Source of the DNA: Balanoglossus misakiensis
Taxonomy: Eukaryota; Animalia; Hemichordata
Reading direction: 5' to 3'
Length of the DNA: 64,000 bases
NCBI GenBank assembly: GCA_040954595.2
Contig: CM082578.2
Span: 16,414,998-16,478,997 of the forward strand
Positions within the stretch are counted from its first letter, which is position 1, and each line of letters begins with the position of its first letter. Both the position numbers and the translations under genes were made by a program. Below are positions 1 through 13,500 of this stretch, in pieces. Below the pieces are notes generated by a model. The model was not told the DNA's origin. It was given only the letters and a program-made list of their open reading frames with translations, and made no database searches.

Positions 1-40
1 GACACAAACGTATTTTCATTATTCGCCAGAAAACACTCAC

Positions 41-2763
41 CAGTTGAAACACATCAGTAGAGTGTTAATGCATAGGTTTCGAGTCTTGAAAAGATCAAAC
101 ATAGTATACAGGCGTTCCTACAATAAAATGAAACATGAAAATGTTATTTTTCATTTTCAAAGTGGTTCCTTCTCACGGAGACTAAAAAAAAGTGCGAAGA
201 AATCGTTTTCAAGTTAAAAATGCCGAACACAAGCATTGGCCAGGTACATATTGTTTAACTTATTATTAAAATACCAACCAGGGATAATCATGCACAATTC
301 AAGGAGCGGGAACTGGTATCGAAAACGACACTCATTACTTCCGGATTGGATGTAGCTGACGACAGATGAAAAAAAAACATTCAGCAATATTTTCAATCAC
401 TCCACCTCGCCGCTGACGTCATCCTCCTCGGGTATCAAGCAGACCCCTTTATCTTCCGCAAACATGTCTTGTGGCAAAGTGGTCTTGTTCATTTTGGCGA
501 ATTTCTTGAGAACCCTCTCGGCTTTATCGTATTTGCCTTTACGCAAAAGCCACATCGGGGTCTCCAGAATAAAGCTGCAAAGGATGTCCTAGTCAATCTT
601 TCGAGCAAATATGTTATACGTAGTCGGGTTTTATGCATATATGATCTCAATTATCGCGATTGAAGGAAATTCCAAGTATCACTTGACAAGGAAATGTGCT
701 GAAAATTTAGATATACCCCACACAAGTTTGAAAGGTCGTGTTTACTGACATGAGGTGACGCAAGTTGTTTGTTTGTTGGTTTGTTGGTTGGTTTGTATGG
801 GGGTTGTAGATGCACGATTCTTTGGCGGTCAATTCCAATGGAAATTAATGGCTAGCAACTGGGAAAGAGTGAGAAATAAAACTTACAAAAACGAAAGTGG
901 ATAAAGAAGCCAAATGAAGCCAACAGTCAAATGGATCAGTCTCCAATTACCAGCGCACAGAACAGCAATGGCGCCGTACAAAATGTAAAACACGCCAAAC
1001 GCCACTTGCTGTAAAGTTCCGCACATGGTTCTATATTCTGCTCCTACGATTTCCATTACTGCAATAAAGGTCGAACAAAATTAACAACTAATGAATCTGA
1101 ATTCAAATATAGGTAACAATTTAATATTATCAATTCCGAGTGGCGTATAGAAAATGCATTTAGGCAATCAACATATATATGGAAACCATCTTAAGTTTTA
1201 ACTTAGATGAAAACATTGTGTCATTGCATAAAATGTCGAAGCGGTTGTGTGTGTAGAACGGAGAGAGGTTAAATTTTCGCAAGGCAATAACTCATTACCT
1301 ATGACAAAGGCGACGACAAACACCGAGTGTGGAAAAGCTCCTAGAAAGAACTGCCCAACCACGAATCCTGCGTAACTTGGGCTAAATGGTGTAGCTATTG
1401 CTGTTACTATGGCAAGCACCGTGGTGACGAAGAGAATGGGCTTTCGGCCGAAGCTGAAAGGAAATCAGTAAAATTTTAAAAAGTTGCAAAAATGAGTGTT
1501 TCCTTATCAATGTATTTATCGATGGGAAAATTTGATCTAGTTCCATGATACGGAATGCTACTTTAAAAAAAACAATAGTTGAAATAGTCCTTCTCCCGTC
1601 ATTGGCGTATAGGTCTTTATTGAGGTAGGTCAGACATGATTACTGCGATAATTTTAACCTTTCCAAATTTGGAACTGTTCAGAACATCAGAGAAAATATA
1701 ATACCCATAAAAACATTCATTTCTGCCATTTTAATTTAATGTCTACGAAAAAAGGTGGCAAGATATATTCGTGAAATTTGTTATTTATATATCGCGGAAT
1801 TTAGCCTTTATAGTAGACTGGTAAATTTATTTTCTTTCCAAGAACAGTGCCGCAAAATAATTCACTGTTTTACATGTACCTACATATCTGAAAGTTGCCC
1901 AAATGTAACCGCGCCAAGGAGATTCCCGAGCGGAACGACCGATTTTGACAGCTGTTTCATCCAATCATTTGCACACACCAGGTTGTACTGTCAAAGTGAA
2001 TAAAAGACAGACACATTCAATTACGTAATAGATTCAATTAAAATATCTTATGTGAGATTGCTCGTCGGTGTGTAAAAAAGCTTATTGGGCACTGCATCTC
2101 TCTGCCTTTTAATGATGTTTCCAGACACAAAAGCCATCCACTTGTCATGATATCTGACACGTTTCGCACTATTTTTATTTTTAAACTAAAATACTTTATG
2201 CGGGTCTTAATGAAGCTGCTGGGCTATTTGCAAACTGAAGGCAATGTTGCCACCATGCTTGGGTACAATATGTTCACAATACGCCCAGGCATCTGATATC
2301 AATCGATAAAACATGCGTTGATGATTATCGAGTTCCCGGCCCAATCTTACTCACTGAAATGGGCGAATTGTAGAAAAGCACTCACTTCAAAGACGACGGT
2401 ATTTTCATACCATGTTTTGTCGTACACCCAGCCTTGGTCACAGCTGATCACTCCGCTTCGAGGAGAGCAGACTTCATCTGAGATTCCCCGAGAAACGTTG
2501 ACATCGTACCGCCGACATTTCGCCCAAGAAACGTCCCCTCCTTCCAGATTGTAGGGAATGGTGCAGTTCTTCAGAGGAGACTGGTCGACATAAGTCTGAT
2601 TGTCGTATACTTTACAGTAGTGGTCTGCCGAAGCGCTGTAGAAGGTGTTCCCCAGCTGGTAGAATGCGGTGCTTCCGGCCATGATCCAAAGAAGGATACA
2701 CTGCAGTTGTTGATTCCGACCGAACGGACCGACAGTGTTGATGACTGCTTCGAACCGATTCAT
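41..2763 (-). CDS. SLC22-family transporter, copy 1 (3' part lies beyond window start)
   Basis: Spliced exons with GT-AG ends: 2763-2386, 1987-1884 (104 nt), 1453-1299 (155), 1058-887 (172), 574-406 (169; donor weak), 117-41 (77). SLC22 motifs: G.FG..Q, extracellular loop C..GWVYD...YENTVVFE-YNLVC, GQLSD.FGRKP, LETPMWL, DLFKT.NL. Reading frame is continuous across the junctions. Confidence 0.9.
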
Positions 2764-3021
2764 GTCAATCAACAAACCAATCGATCAATCAATCAATCAA
2801 TCGCTTATGTACGATCAGACTGAAGCACACCAGAAAACCATGACGACGAAAGGTTTACTTGAAACGATAAACACTGCGACACAGTGGCTTGACCGAGTTT
2901 TGTGTGAGTTCGCGGAATAGGTCTGGTATGTGCAATACCGAATACGGGGTAATGAAAGGTCGTTTCTGAATACGTTACTGAAGAAAGTGTTCTCCGCGCT
3001 CCTTCCAACAAGAAGAACGGT

Positions 3022-3290
3022 AGTGGTAGGTAATTAGCATATCAGAGTTTTTGATATGTGACGTCAATCAGTGGGCGGAGCTCAAATCCACTTACAGACA
3101 GTAGATGCGTAGAGCGAGTGCAATTCACTCGATTCCGACTTCCGTGGACACCTTTCAATGCTGGATAATGCGCTATAATAGTGCGATTTAAATGCCCGCG
3201 AAAATGACTATTTACATAATATTAGCATGTTCCTGCACACTGAATGACGCCACATGTCAAAAGCTTGATTATGCTACTGAATTACCTACC
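3022..3290. repeat. Degenerate inverted-repeat element upstream of SLC22 copy 1; a related arm recurs at 15937-16000
   Basis: 3022-3082 is an imperfect reverse complement of ~3238-3290 and of 15937-16000 (agctccgcccactgactgacgtcacatgtcaaaagcttgattatgctaattac). Confidence 0.65.
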
Positions 3291-4159
3291 TCAACTGGAT
3301 GAGAAAGCGTCTTCCGTTTTTTCAAGACGACACAGAAAACGCTCGCAGTGTGATTTTTAACATGACAATCGTATTTATTCATTCAAAATTCGTTCAATTT
3401 CTTTCCATGAATGTAAAATATAATTTGTTACATTAAAAATTACATTTGCAAGATTGAATTATTTTCCATTGTGCAGAATTGCGCCTTGACAGTTTTATGT
3501 TCCCTGATCTAGTTGCCTGTATCATTACCATAGTTTTGACACATTTATTACACTAAGACCCCAAATTAAAGACACTGGTCCACCTGTTTGGAATCCAGGG
3601 TCTTTCTACAAAATTCTTAAAAGCCCAATATTTATAGTTATATGATTAGTGGGCTTGTGTATACATTTATAATTAAAACAACAAAATTATCCCCCGCAGC
3701 GTAACAGTGGGCACACCTGACGTTGTTGGACTGTCTCATTACCTTACTCTAATGCTTGGCACTGTATATTGTATACTAAATGACCTGGAACCAACCCAAG
3801 GGGATCAGTTTTTGCTTATCTAGCAAAATGCGAGAGAGAATTACGGTTTCTGATATAGGGCCTATAAGTAGACCACGCTTGGACAGAATGACACTTCGCA
3901 GTTTGTTTCTCTATGTTACGAATGTAGAGCATGACTCTTCAACTATCTGTACTTCGTGGTTAAAATATACTCGTTCGAGACATGTTCCTAATCTAAATGG
4001 ATCACAGAACATTCCCGTTACAATCGAGTGAGTGAGTGAGTGTGAGAGAAATTGTGTATTTCATGATTACATCATGGAGGTGATTACATGTATGTTTAAT
4101 CAAGTCGCCTATAACTTCCACACTTCATCTGAAACATATGACACTTTCTCGGTCCCTGT

Positions 4160-6786
4160 TCACATAATCGCTTCGTCCACCGCCGTTGGAGAACTATCTG
4201 TCTTCAAGTGACCATTGGACTGCCCTGTTTCCATGTCAACCTGAATTTCCTGGTCCTCCAGTGTATGCGCTTCCTTGCGCTTTCCACTGGTTTTCCAGGG
4301 TCTGTTCCTGTGGTGGGATAACACCAATTTCGGATAAGGCATTGCAATAAATATGAAACAGCAAAACATGTTTTTTTGTCCCAGTGATCACAGACATGGG
4401 GCAGAAGTTGTTTGTCCTGTGTCACATGAGAATGTCCTCCCATATAAACTACCCAACCATGCGATATCTCGCAGGTCTGCAGTACCGCCATATTGTATGA
4501 TACCGGAAGTCGAACGACTCGGTACTGACGAGCGCCCCCTGGAAGACCATATCGAAACAAGCCCTTTAACTTACCCGCCAAATGACTCCCCTTCCTCGAT
4601 TGTTTCAGGCAGCGTTTTGTTTCTCGTCTCGGGCAGAAACAGTGCCAGCAATCCAGCCAATACTGACGTCACACCCATGATAACGAAGGGCATTGGACCC
4701 CAGTACACGTCGAGTAAAACCACAAAGGGAGATATGATGCTACCAACACGCGCTGACATAGACGACACGCCCATCCCAGCGTTCCTGAAATAAAAGTTAC
4801 ATGGGAAGTTAGGAAAGGCGCGATTTATAGTATAATGTACCCATATCAATACAGCATTTTCATGTGTCAAATAGATCAGTAGAAATACACACGAATGGTC
4901 CCATGTTTCCGTCCAACTAGAAGAAGACCAGTGTTTAACAAGGGCGCAGTAGCATCCAAACATTGCATCCCAGGAATTGAGTGAGAACGGCTATGTACTT
5001 TTGAAATTACTATGTACCTCTCCTTAAAATGTAAACCATCTAGGATGTGTGTGTGTGTGTGTTTTTCATTTACCTGACAACAGTTGGGTAGATCTCGGCT
5101 CCATACACGAAAACAATACTGAACACAGCGGCTATACAGAGTTTTGCTACCATTGCTATGGCAACGGATAGCTCGGTGATTTCTACAGTAATGGAGAGAA
5201 ATTAATAATCGGGATAATGAACTTTAATTTATCAATAGAAAGCATCTATGTAAGTTCTCTCAAGATTATATTGTCACATGTGTTTGGCAACGTGTCTGTA
5301 TATCAGTCTTCGGCAACATGGCCCCTACTACTGCAGTTATTACCAATGAAAAACCGTTCGCGTTCACACATATTCACTAACACAGTTGAACTCCATTGGG
5401 AGAGTGTTGTACAGAATAGTCACACTCACCTATCGGCAAACTCAGCAGCAGCGCCGTCCCTCCAACAATGGCAAATCCAGCAAGCGACCAACGTCTCCCG
5501 ATGGCGTTCATTAGCCACCATGCCATTAAACATCCTGGAACTTCAACGGCGCCAGCGAGTATAAAGATCACATACGGGTTACTACCCAGCTGATCCGTAT
5601 TCAGAGAGATTCCGTAATACACGAAGCTACACGAAAACCTTAAAGATGACCAGATATAAAATGTAACTTTAGTGATCGAAAGAACTGCAGTTCAATTTGC
5701 ACTGCACGTCTTTCAACAATATTCCCACATTGTTTGTGCGTACACGTTGCTGTAGCCCGGAGACGCCCGTGTAAAGCCCGCGTCTCCGGGCTAACGTTGC
5801 TGTGAAAATGCAAATGTGTTATTTGATGGAAATATGCATGGCTACTTTCATTCAGTTGTGGCCGACACTCAAGAAGCTGAATATGTTAATTTGTCGGAAG
5901 TACACCTGCTGTTCTAATGATATTCAAAGTTTTTGACAGGTGCAAGAATAGGTAGAGATGCCTCTCCTGTTGTTGCCTATCACTATCCAGTTTCCATGCG
6001 TTTCTGATGATTTATAGAAGCTGTTAGTATCAAAAAAGAATACAGCTCGTAATTTTCCTCGTTCGGAAACACTCACCAGTTGAAACACATCAGTAGGGTG
6101 TTAATGCATAGGTTTCGAGACTTGAAAAGGTCAAATACAGTATACAGGCGTTCCTACGAAAAAAACAATACACTGTTGAACGTTGGAGTTTACTTTCATA
6201 CATACATGAGAATCAAAGCCATGACGAGAACATTTGATTTTCCGTGGATAATTGTGCCGAGGACTACCCATGCCCTGTTGAGTACATGCATTGGCTGTGG
6301 CGAATGTGCCTCCTCTTAGTTGCCCGAAGAAACACGCTTTTTAAAAAGTAGACACAAAGATGTGGTAAACCCCTCGCATCAGCACATGACTGACATACAG
6401 GGATCAGCGTTTCCAGATATTCCAATTCTCCTTCACTTGCCTCATTTTTGGATTCCATGTCCATCTCTTTATCTTTGGCGAACATATTTGGAGGCAGTGT
6501 GGTCTTGTTCATTTTGGCGAATTTCTTGAGAACTCTCTCAGCTTTGTCGTATTTTCCTTTACGCATAAGCCACATCGGGGTCTCCAGAATAAAGCTGCAA
6601 TAGATGCATGCGTGGGAAGTCAAACTTGTATATGTGTGTAAGCGGTTAATATGACATTCTTCACTCATTTCATCGGTGATTATGGACTTGTACGTAGCAG
6701 TTATTTGGAGCGGGATCGCTCAGCGACAATACAAAACAGAGAGAGAATATGAGATATGTTTTAACTCAAATTGCATCAGAGAGGGG

Positions 6787-6826
<40 letters not shown>

Positions 6827-8598
6827 AAGAGAAAGAGAAAGAGAGAGCGAGACTTACAAAAACGAAGGTAGATAGAAAACCCAAACCAAGCCAGCTACCA
6901 ACTGAATCAGTCTCCAATCACCACCGCATAACATAGCAATGACACCAAACACCATGAAAAACACAGAGAACGCCAGATGTATGATAGTTCCAGTCATGGT
7001 TCTGTATTCGTGTCCAACAATTTCCATAACTGCGTAGAGAACAAATAAATATTAAAACTGAAAAAAAATATATTGAAACACATAACAGTGTGAAGTACAT
7101 AGTCACACAATTCAAACTAATCTCGCAAAATTATTCTGGGCATCCGACAAAAGCGTAGTCACTTTCTTGTGATGAAGTCCGTATTTCAAAATGCAAATTT
7201 TATTCAAATTATGAATCTCAATTCTTTTTCACCGATGAATGTTGTTATATTTAAAGAAGGGTCATGATACAGAACTAATTACCCATGACGCAGGAGGTTA
7301 CCAACAACGAATGTGGAAACGCTCCGAGGAAGAATTGTCCGACCACAAAGACTGGATAACTCGGAGCAAACGATGTTGCTATCGCTGTTGCTGTGGCGAG
7401 CACCATGGTGATGGCATAGATGGGTTTCCTGCCAAAGCTGTGAGGAAATCGCAAGAAATGACAGTTGTTCGTGTGTATTTTCAACCACTCAGTTGCGGAC
7501 GAGAAACGTTGATTCTGATCAAATACCAGTACCCATGGGGAAATTTTTACTTAGCTGGCCGCATGTTTCGTTTGAATAATAAAACAAAGGTTATAGCGGA
7601 TCACGATGAAGTCACCCTGGCATCTCACTTACATATCTGAAAGTTGCCCGAAGATGATGACTCCGACAAGATTTCCCAGTGGAACGATGGCCTTCGACAG
7701 TTGTTTCATCCAGTCATGGTTGCATACCAGGTCGTACTGCCAAAGCGAAGAAAACAGAAATGCTCAAGTCTGGGATTTCTGTTCCTTGTTCAGATGAAAA
7801 GTCTGAGTTGAGTGAATGCGATACGGGGGACTGATTTTTTGCATGATAAACATACAATTATCTTTCAAATTCGAAATACTGGGCGTCATAATCCCCAACT
7901 TTTGCTAGTCGTTCGATGGATTATTATTTTAATCGGTTACTTGGCGTGTGCGCGAACAATGGTTGTCCTTTGAATCAACGATGCTGGGCGTATCCCCTTC
8001 TTCTGTATGCTACCACTTGAGATTTTAATGCTGAATATTTGAACTACACGTCCGTTAAAGACGTCAATCAAAACTAAATTTGGCGCTATCTTGAAGGATA
8101 TCAGAGGTTTCAATGTTTACGTGTTTACACTATGCAGGACATGTACCATAAAACTTACAGTAAAAATGTTTGCAACGTTAGATGTTCACATCGATAAGAT
8201 TCTACGGCATGACTTACTTCAAAGACGACGGTATTTTCATACCATGTTTTGTCGTACACCCATCCTTGGTCGCAACTGACAGTCTCTTCGCTTCGAGGCG
8301 AGCAGACTTCTTCTGAAACTCCCCGAGAAACGTTGACATCATACCGCCGACATTTTGCCCAAGAAACGTCCCCTCCTTCCAGACTGTAGGGAATGGTGCA
8401 GTTCTTCAGAGGAGACTGGTCGACATAAGTCTGATTGTTGTATACTTTGCAGTAGTGCTCAGCCGAAGCGCTGTAGAAGGTGTTCCCCAGCTGGTAGAAA
8501 GCGGTGCTCCCGCCCACGATCCAAAGAAGGAGATACTGCAGTTTTTGATTCCGACCAAACGGACCAACAGTTTGGATGACTTCTTCGAACCGATTCAT
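4160..8598 (-). CDS. SLC22-family transporter, copy 2 (10 coding exons, ~572 aa)
   Basis: Exons 8598-8218, 7736-7633, 7437-7283, 7029-6858, 6594-6441 (GC donor), 6153-6077, 5638-5430, 5182-5074, 4784-4575, 4307-4160. Sum is 1719 nt, in frame. Motifs YYGISLN, VEVPG, GRR, AEIYPTVVRN.G.G..SMSARVG, LPETRNK.LPET. Confidence 0.93.
5753..5793. mobile_element. 41-bp miniature TIR element with 9-bp target-site duplication
   Basis: 14-bp TIRs TAGCCCGGAGACGC / GCGTCTCCGGGCTA flanked by direct repeat ACGTTGCTG (5744-5752, 5794-5802). The paralogous intron of copy 3 (~12099-12107) has one ACGTTGCTG and no insert. Confidence 0.85.
6778..6851. repeat. (GA)n / GA-rich microsatellite next to the intron-4 donor of SLC22 copy 2
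   Basis: Visible GA run. A shorter GA run lies at the same position in copy 3 (~13043-13057). Confidence 0.9.
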
Positions 8599-10546
8599 TT
8601 TGTCCACCCAACCTGTAAATCAGTGCACGATAATAAAAAACTGTCTACAGGTCCTTCTACATGGACAAACAACGCCAAAGTGATTTCGCAGAGACAGGTG
8701 GATTGACAGCAGGTGCTTGCGTTGTAGGATTTATGGATAGATCGTATCTCTTGTGTCAACCTGTCACTTTCTGTACCTATATAATGACACACTCCTTTTA
8801 ATCAGTGTGCCAGGCCGATATCAAGAGAATAGCGCCACCACCCGCGCTTCAACTGCAGAGAACGGTTTTCTGCAAGGAAACTACAAACGATTCCAAATTG
8901 ACAAAAGGGTATTGAGGGACAATTTAATTTGACCGAGGGTATCTTTGTTTTGTAGAAAAACGTTAATGCAAAACAAATTAATGTCGATCAGTAAGTGGCA
9001 TAGGAGATGGAGAAATAGTTGGTAGGTAACTGAATCTATACATGTACTGAATAATTACCCAAACTTACCCCTCCCCCGAATGGATTTCAAAGCGAAAGAA
9101 TTGGTGTCAAGAGGTCCCGATATTTATACATTTGTACTTCACTGAAGACCAAAGTTCATAAGACCCCAGACGAAACATATTTAATACATTGCAAACTCTG
9201 CAGTCAGTCTTGAGTTCACTCGTATATGGACTGGCATTTACATGTTCTTTAGACAAAATATTTTCTGTCCACGTCTGTTTTTTACACGTAAGAGTGTTGG
9301 TCTTGTGGTGTTTTTAAAATATTGGGGGGGGGGGGTGTAAATGAAAGTGGTCTAACTGCCTGATACCATCAGACAGTAGAGACCGATTTATCCCACACTC
9401 TCTATCCCACACTCCCAGCAGCCAGGAGTGTGAGAAAAGCAAGTACTACTCTGAGAATGGAAAACTTTGGAGACAACGTTTCAGCATAATACTCGTTTTA
9501 ATGTCTGCGGCTGCCGGTTGCCATGGCTTTGGTCAGGACATTACTTTCACGCAGATCAAACCGTTTTCACAGAAAAATGTCGTAAAGTAAAACAGTCACG
9601 TACATTTTGCGGCCTTGAACCTCCCCCCTCCCAATGCCGGCCGCCTCGTTGAGGTCAAATTCATCTGATATTATTGTAGTAAACTTACCCTAGAAGGCGG
9701 CTAGTGAAAATTGTTGAGACCAGACTCGCTTATACTGCCCACGGTTCGTTACAAAGCTCTTCACTGACGCGCCCTCAACCGTTTAGCAAAGGAGAAGCCT
9801 CATATGGTGTTGTTTAGCGGGCACACACACAAACAATCAAACCATAAGGGGCTGTGAGAGAGTCTATCGTGACCGCCCCAGTCACTGGACCATGCCACTT
9901 GTCGTTGGAATTCTTTGAGATGTCGAAATACTCAATGCTGATCCGAAACTGCCACCCGCACTCAACGACTAATGAAAAACCATCTGTTATAGTATTAGAA
10001 GTAGGCTGCAGCCGGATATTGATACGCCGGGATATTTTAACTACGTAGACTACGATGGGAAAGAGCATATTTTCTGTTTGTTCAGTTCCTTAGCGGAATG
10101 TCAGGTCAATTCACCCAAAAGTATCCGCCGCCTTTACCTCAAGTTGTTAGGGGTGAGGGAGGGGGATTTATAATGCAAGTGTGTAGCATTTTGTCCTGAA
10201 TACATATATTATGTATACTGTATATATTTGAGTACGTGCCAGTGGGAATAACATGTTACAGTGGTTTGTCAAACAACTACACTCATTTCCCGACAAAGAA
10301 CCAATAGAAAGGATATTATAAAGAGGAGAAAAATATTCCTCGGTCGGGAATTGCCGCTTCTACTTTTTCTTAGTTCTGTCGATGATGGCGATCTTTAGTT
10401 TTCCTTTAAAAGAGTTGAAATGTGGCCCTTTTGCAATTGTTTTGCACTAAAACCTAAAAGTTATATGTGAAGCAAAACAAAAAACTTTTCCCCGCCTACA
10501 ACTTCCACACTTCATCTCAAACATATGACACTTTCTCGGGGCCTGT

Positions 10547-13500
10547 TTACATAATTGCTTCGTCCACTTCCGTTGGAGAACTATCTGTCTTCAAGTGACC
10601 ATTGAACTGCCCAGTTTCCCCAAAGTCCATGTCAACCTGAATTTGCTTGTCCACCAGTGTATGCGCTTCCTTGCGCTTTCCACTAGTTTTCCAGAGTCTG
10701 TTCCTGCGGTGGGATTTCGGATGAAGCATTGCAAGAAATATAAAAGAGCAAAATATGTTTTTTCTTGCAGTGTAATTGCAAGTGTTCGCAGATTTTGACC
10801 AGTATAGGGCAGAAATTCAAGATTTGTCGTGTGTCACATGAGAATGACCTCCCATATAAACTGCTATAGCCACGTGAGATCTCGTTGAGTTCGGGAAAAT
10901 GACTACATTGCATTTGGGACTGGGATAGAAATGAAATAGCGCCCCCATATCGAATCAAGCCCTTTAACTTACCCGCCAAATGACTCTCCTTCCTCCAATG
11001 TTTCAGGCAGTGTCTTGTTTCTCGTCTCTGGCAAAAACAGTGCCAGCAATCCGGCCAATATTGAAGTCCCGCCCATGATGACGAAGGGCATCGGACCCCA
11101 GTACACGTTGAGTAAGAAAACGAAGGGAGATATCGTGCTACCAACACGCGCTGACATAGAAGACACGCCCATCCCAGAATTCCTGAAATAAAAGTTACAT
11201 GGGAAGTTAGGAAAGGGACTCCCCTGTTTTCCGTCAAAGTAGAAGAAACCCATGCAGTGGGCGCAATACTTATTTTGTAGAATTCAGACATTTCCATATA
11301 GATCATAGGAATTGAGGTAGAAGGAAATGTACGTTTGGAATTACTGTGTACCTCTCCTTAAAAATTTAGTCATCTAGGATGTTTTTCCATTTACCTGACA
11401 ACAGTTGGGTAGATCTCGGCTCCATACACGAAAACAATAGTGAAGACTGCGGAAATACACAGTTTTCCCACCATTGCTACGGCAACGGACAGCTCGGTGA
11501 TTTCTAATGGAGAGAAATTAATAAATCGGGATGATGAACTTTAGTTTATCAATATCCATGTAGGTTTTCTGAAGATTATATTGTCACATGTGTTTTGTAT
11601 TGTGAGCTTTCTTCAGTCTTCGGCAACATGGTAGTACTCCCCTACTGCAGTTATTGCCAATGAAAGACCGTTCGCGTTCACACATATTCACTAACACAGT
11701 TGAACTCCACACATTGGGAGATTGCCATACAGTATAGTAACGCTCACCTATCGGCAAACTCAGCAGCAGCCCCGCCCCTCCAACAATGGCAAATCCAGAA
11801 AGCGACCAACGTCTCCCGATGGCGTTCATCATCCACCAGGCAAGAAAAGACCCTGGAAATCCAACGGCGCCAGCGAGTAGAAAGGTTACGTAAGGGTTAC
11901 TACCCAGCTGATCCGTATTCAGAGAGATTCCGTAACCTACGAAGCTGACCGAAAACCTTAAATATGACCGGATATACAATATAACTTTAGTGATCGAAAG
12001 AACTACAGTTTCACTTGCACTGCGGTCATTTTCAACAATATTTCCCAGACCACATTTCCATAATCTAAGATCAAGTCTGTATGCTTCTTTGTGCGTACAC
12101 GTTGCTGTATGGGAAATGGGCCGATTTAACGACACTCAAGAAGCTGAATATGTTAATTTGTCGCAAGTACACCTGCTGTTCTAATGATATTCAAAAGTGT
12201 TTTTGACAGGTGCAAGAACAGCAAAGACGCCTCTCCTGTTTTTGCATGTCACGTTTCAGTGAAGCATTTGAAATTTATTGGACTCTGAAACTTCTAGCCA
12301 GATCCATTGCGTTTCTGATGATCTATAGAAGATGTTAGTATCCAAAAAGAACACAGCTCATAATTCTTTCTCGTCCGGAAATACTTACCAGTTGAAAGAC
12401 ATCAGTAGGGTGTTAATGCATAGGTTTCGAGTCTTGAAAAGGTCAAATACAGTATACTTGCGTTCCTACGAGAAAATAACAAATGATTTTTAAAAAAACA
12501 TGTCTTGTTTACTAGCGCTGTCCTTGATAATGTGCCTACTCGTGGTTGCCCGATGAAACGCGCGTTTAAAAAGTAGACACAAAGATGTGCCGATCCCCGC
12601 GAATTGGCACCTGATGACAGGAATTCGCGTTTCCAGTAATTCTACTTTACTTGCCTCATCCTTGGGTTCCATGTCCATCTCTTTGTCTTTGGCGAACATA
12701 TTTGGAGGCAGTGTGGTCTTGTTCATTTTGGCGAATTTCTTGAGAACTCTCTCGGCTTTATCGTATTTGCCTTTACGCATAAGCCACATCGGGGTCTCCA
12801 GAATAAAGCTGCAAAAGATACATGCGTGGTGGAATAAAGAACATATATACTCTGTAGGAAGTCAAGTTTTGTATTTGTGTACCGGTATACGCGGTCAATA
12901 TGATTGTCCGGTCAAAAAGTAGTGCTTGGGATGGCGCACATTCTTCACAAATATCACTGGTACGTGATTATCGCCTTGTACTTAGCTCAGTGGCAATTCA
13001 AAACAGAGAGAATATGAGAATATTTTGACTCGAATTACATCTGAGAGAGAGAGAGAGAAAATGACTTACAAAATCGAAGGTAGACTGAAAACCCAAATCA
13101 AGCCAACTACCAACTGACTCAATCTCCAATCACCACCGCATAACATAGCAATGACACCAAACACCATGAAATACACAGCGAACGATACATGTATGATAGT
13201 TCCAGTCATGGTTCTGTATTCCTGTCCAACAATTTCCATAACTACGTAGAGAACAAATACATATTAAAACTGAAAAATCACATTGAAACACATAAGAGTG
13301 TGAAGTACATAGTCACAAAATTCAAACAAATCTCGCATAATTATTCTGGACATCCGACTAAAGTGTAGTCATTTTCTCGTGATAAAGTCCGGATTACAAA
13401 ATGAAACATGAATAGAAGCCAGCAAATTTAAAGCTAATTCTGATTATGATATAACCTATTTATCACCGATGAATGTTGTTGAGTGACGCATGCACCATAA

